DNA from: Eukaryota sp. TZLM1-RC
Lineage: Eukaryota; Protista; Metamonada: BaSk clade
Direction of reading: 5' to 3'
DNA length: 64,000 nt
Assembly (NCBI GenBank): GCA_040285825.1
Contig: JAUPSS010000010.1
Coordinates: 1-64,000, forward strand
Shown: piece after piece, positions 61,390 to 64,000 of the stretch
How positions within the stretch are numbered: the stretch's first letter is position 1
How the letters are laid out: the number at the start of each line of letters is the position of its first letter
Notes under the pieces: model-generated
Seen by the model: the letters and a program-made list of their open reading frames with translations, nothing else
Database searches by the model: none
What the model was told of the DNA's origin: nothing
Made by a program: the position numbers and the translations under genes

Positions 61390-64000
61390 CACTTATTTTC
61401 TTCAGCAAATTTGGGTGGTATTGGATTTACTAAATCTTCAATTTTGTGTCAATCAGCATTCTTGGGTGGTGGCAAAAATTTTATTTATGAATTTTCTCGT
61501 AGATTTCCTGATGATTCTCATCTGTTAGCTCCCAATTGCAGTCCTTATTTGTATGAGTTATCTTGTGAACTTGAAAAATTGCCGCCACAAATTTGGACCA
61601 AATGTTTTCCTCAATCAATTCAAGAAATTCCAAATCGATCTCTTTTTAATTTACAGTTTCCTGTAAAAAGCTTCAACAAAAATTGTCAAAGATTTTTGAA
61701 AGCTTGGATTTTGATGTTAGACTTGGCTTGGCCAAGAAAAAGAATCCCGCTTTTGCAAATCTTTTACAAGATATGTGTGACAGTACTTCTTCTGCCTTAG
61801 TAACAACAATTCCCCAAGTTTATGGTACTCTCTTAACTGATTCTGCTTGGACTCTGAATATGAGATTTCGTTCCTTTATTTGGCCTGATAATTTACCTCA
61901 TAATTTAATTTGTAAATGTTCTCGAGAAATTACAATTACTCATTTGTTAAATTGTAAACATTTTATTACTTTTAGAAGCAAGGTTCATGATGTTCATGTT
62001 GCTATCCATCCTTTAATGTGTGAATTAAAACAAGAATTTCCAGATGTTCATATAACTGCTTATATGGATGACATATCAATAATTGGTCCAATTGATTCAT
62101 TGAGAACAATTGCTGAAATTGTTCAACAGCGCTATTATCAAATTGGTCTTTCTCTAAATATTTCCAAATGTTTATTGATTGGTAGAGAGCCTGCTGATCT
62201 CATTATTGATGATCAAAGTGTTCCTTTTATCAAATATTTTGAATCAGGATTTCGTTTTTTAGGTTGTTATTTAGGCAATTTTGATGAAATTCGAAATCAA
62301 CTTTCCTCTCTTTTGGATAACTTTGAAGAAGAATTGATGGTTCTTTCAGATTTAAATATTGAAAAACATCTTAAATTTTTCTTCCTCAGAATTTGTTATT
62401 CTAAAATTGTCAAAGATTTTTGAAAGCTTGGATTTTGATGTTAGACTTGGCTTGGCCAAGAAAAAGAATCCCGCTTTTGCAAATCTTTTACAAGATATGT
62501 GTGACAGTACTTCTTCTGCCTTAGTAACAACAATTCCCCAAGTTTATGGTACTCTCTTAACTGATTCTGCTTGGACTCTGAATATGAGATTTCGTTCCTT
62601 TATTTGGCCTGATAATTTACCTCATAATTTAATTTGTAAATGTTCTCGAGAATGTACAATTACTCATTTGTTAAATTTCAAACATTTTATTACTTTTAGA
62701 AGCAAGGTTCATGATGCTGTAAGAGACCAGTTATATTGTATGTGTAAATCTCATAGAATTGAATCCTTCTTGGAACCTCTGTTGTCAAATCTGTTTGATG
62801 CTGAAGATGATTTTCATAAGAATAATAGAGGTGATGTTGTATTACCTGGATTAGATGGAAGTTTCATTTTATTGGATGTAATGTCTGTTGATCCTTGTAA
62901 TGCCTCAAATGAAAGGCTTGTTAATTCTGAAATTCATAATCCTCTTTCAAATGCTGAAAATTTCAAATTCAAAAAATACAATGAACCTTTGTCCAAATTG
63001 GCCAGTCTACAGCATGCAAAATACAATTTGTATCCATTTGTATTTTCCCTTTTTGGTTCACTTGCACCAACTGCTTTACGTTTTTTGGAAGATTTTGAAA
63101 TGATTGTAAAGAGAAGAACTGGCTGAAATTTCAACAGATTGTTTTGGCAAAATAGAATTGTGTTTTCTATTTTTAAAAGGATGTTGAAGATGGTTTCTGA
63201 TGCTTTGCTTTCTCTTGGATCTCACTATGAGAGAGTTGCATCTAGTGTTTTTGTTTTGGGAGAGATGGATTTTTTAGATGTTGATTTATAGGTTTTGAAT
63301 AAAATTAAAATTTTGGTTAAAAAAAGAATTTGTTATTCAGGGAAATTTACTCATATTTTACGATCAACATCACCATCTATTTCTCTCGAATTTTGCAGAA
63401 TTTTTAATGACTTAAGAACAAAATTTTTGGCTATTTTGCTCGATATTGATTCTTCTTTTTTACGTAGTCATATTTTTTGTAGCACAGAATTGGGAGGCCT
63501 GGATTTTCACAAATCAAAATATTTGTGTAAAGCCGCATTCATCGGTGGAGGCAAAAATTTCGTTTTTGAATTTTTGAAACGTTTTCCTGAAAACCAACAA
63601 TTCATCAAAATATTTGACCAAAGTTGCATTTATTGGTGGTGGAAAAAATTTTGTATTTGAATTCTCTAGAAGATATCCTTTTGCCGAAAATCTTCTTGAA
63701 ACTACAAATAGCCTATTCCTCGATAACTTAAGAGAAGAAATATCCAGTTTATCTCCCGACTTATGGCAATCATGTTTCCCCATATCCATTCAAGAAATTC
63801 CAGACAGAAGTTTGTATTCATTAAAATTTGCGTTGAAAAAGCTCCAACGACATCTCTTGAAAAAATTTGAAAGCAAGGATTTTATTGTTCGACTTAGCAC
63901 GGCTAAGAAAGAAAATCCTGCTTTTGCAAATTTTTTGATTGATTTGAAGGACAGTTCATCTGCAGTTTTGATAAATCAAATTCCCCAGATTTATGGCCTA
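61390..64000 (+). mobile_element. Mosaic: A (61390-61990), D (61997-62401), A insertion (62402-63324), D (63325-63598), B (63599-64000)
   Basis: TSD AGAATTTGTTATTC at 62388-62401 and 63325-63338; the D-to-B fusion is the same as at ~52472. Confidence 0.87.

Noticed and set aside
4956-64000. Strict antisense-orientation rule for nested insertions
   Set aside because: Antisense cases are somewhat more frequent, but several clear same-strand insertions exist (10366, 35383, 38366, 43634, 62402).
4956-64000. Telomeric, spliced-leader or rDNA target array
   Set aside because: No TTAGGG-like tandem repeats and no recurring RNA-gene unit; TSDs are unrelated element sequences.

Overview
Eukaryotic, AT-rich DNA made almost entirely of retroelements; I can support no host gene, rRNA, tRNA or CRISPR array. 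Bases 1-4955 are the 5' part of a Ty3/gypsy LTR retrotransposon on the minus strand (candidate 118-bp LTR, long extra 5' coding region, Gag CCHC, protease DSG, RT YIDD), inserted into a non-LTR element. Bases 4956-64000 are an almost gapless nest of single-ORF RT plus restriction-like-endonuclease (RLE) non-LTR retrotransposons of CRE-like type (RPIAVGE, QFG, LDFKNAFN, GVKQGDPLGP, YMDD, CxC..HLxxC, HD, RGD/RAD..D). At least six families are present, labelled A-F here by me. About 15 target-site duplications (TSDs, mostly 9-27 bp) can be read directly. They show the elements inserting into each other, in both orientations, with no target consensus, although most RLE elements are sequence-specific. 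Other observations: a structured 5' leader shared by divergent families, a conserved acidic-aromatic C-terminal tail, a likely homology-primed inversion, a 5' transduction, an incipient higher-order satellite, and one poly(A)-tailed orphan element. Most frameshifts fall in homopolymers and may be long-read errors. Boundaries are read by eye and are good to a few bp.
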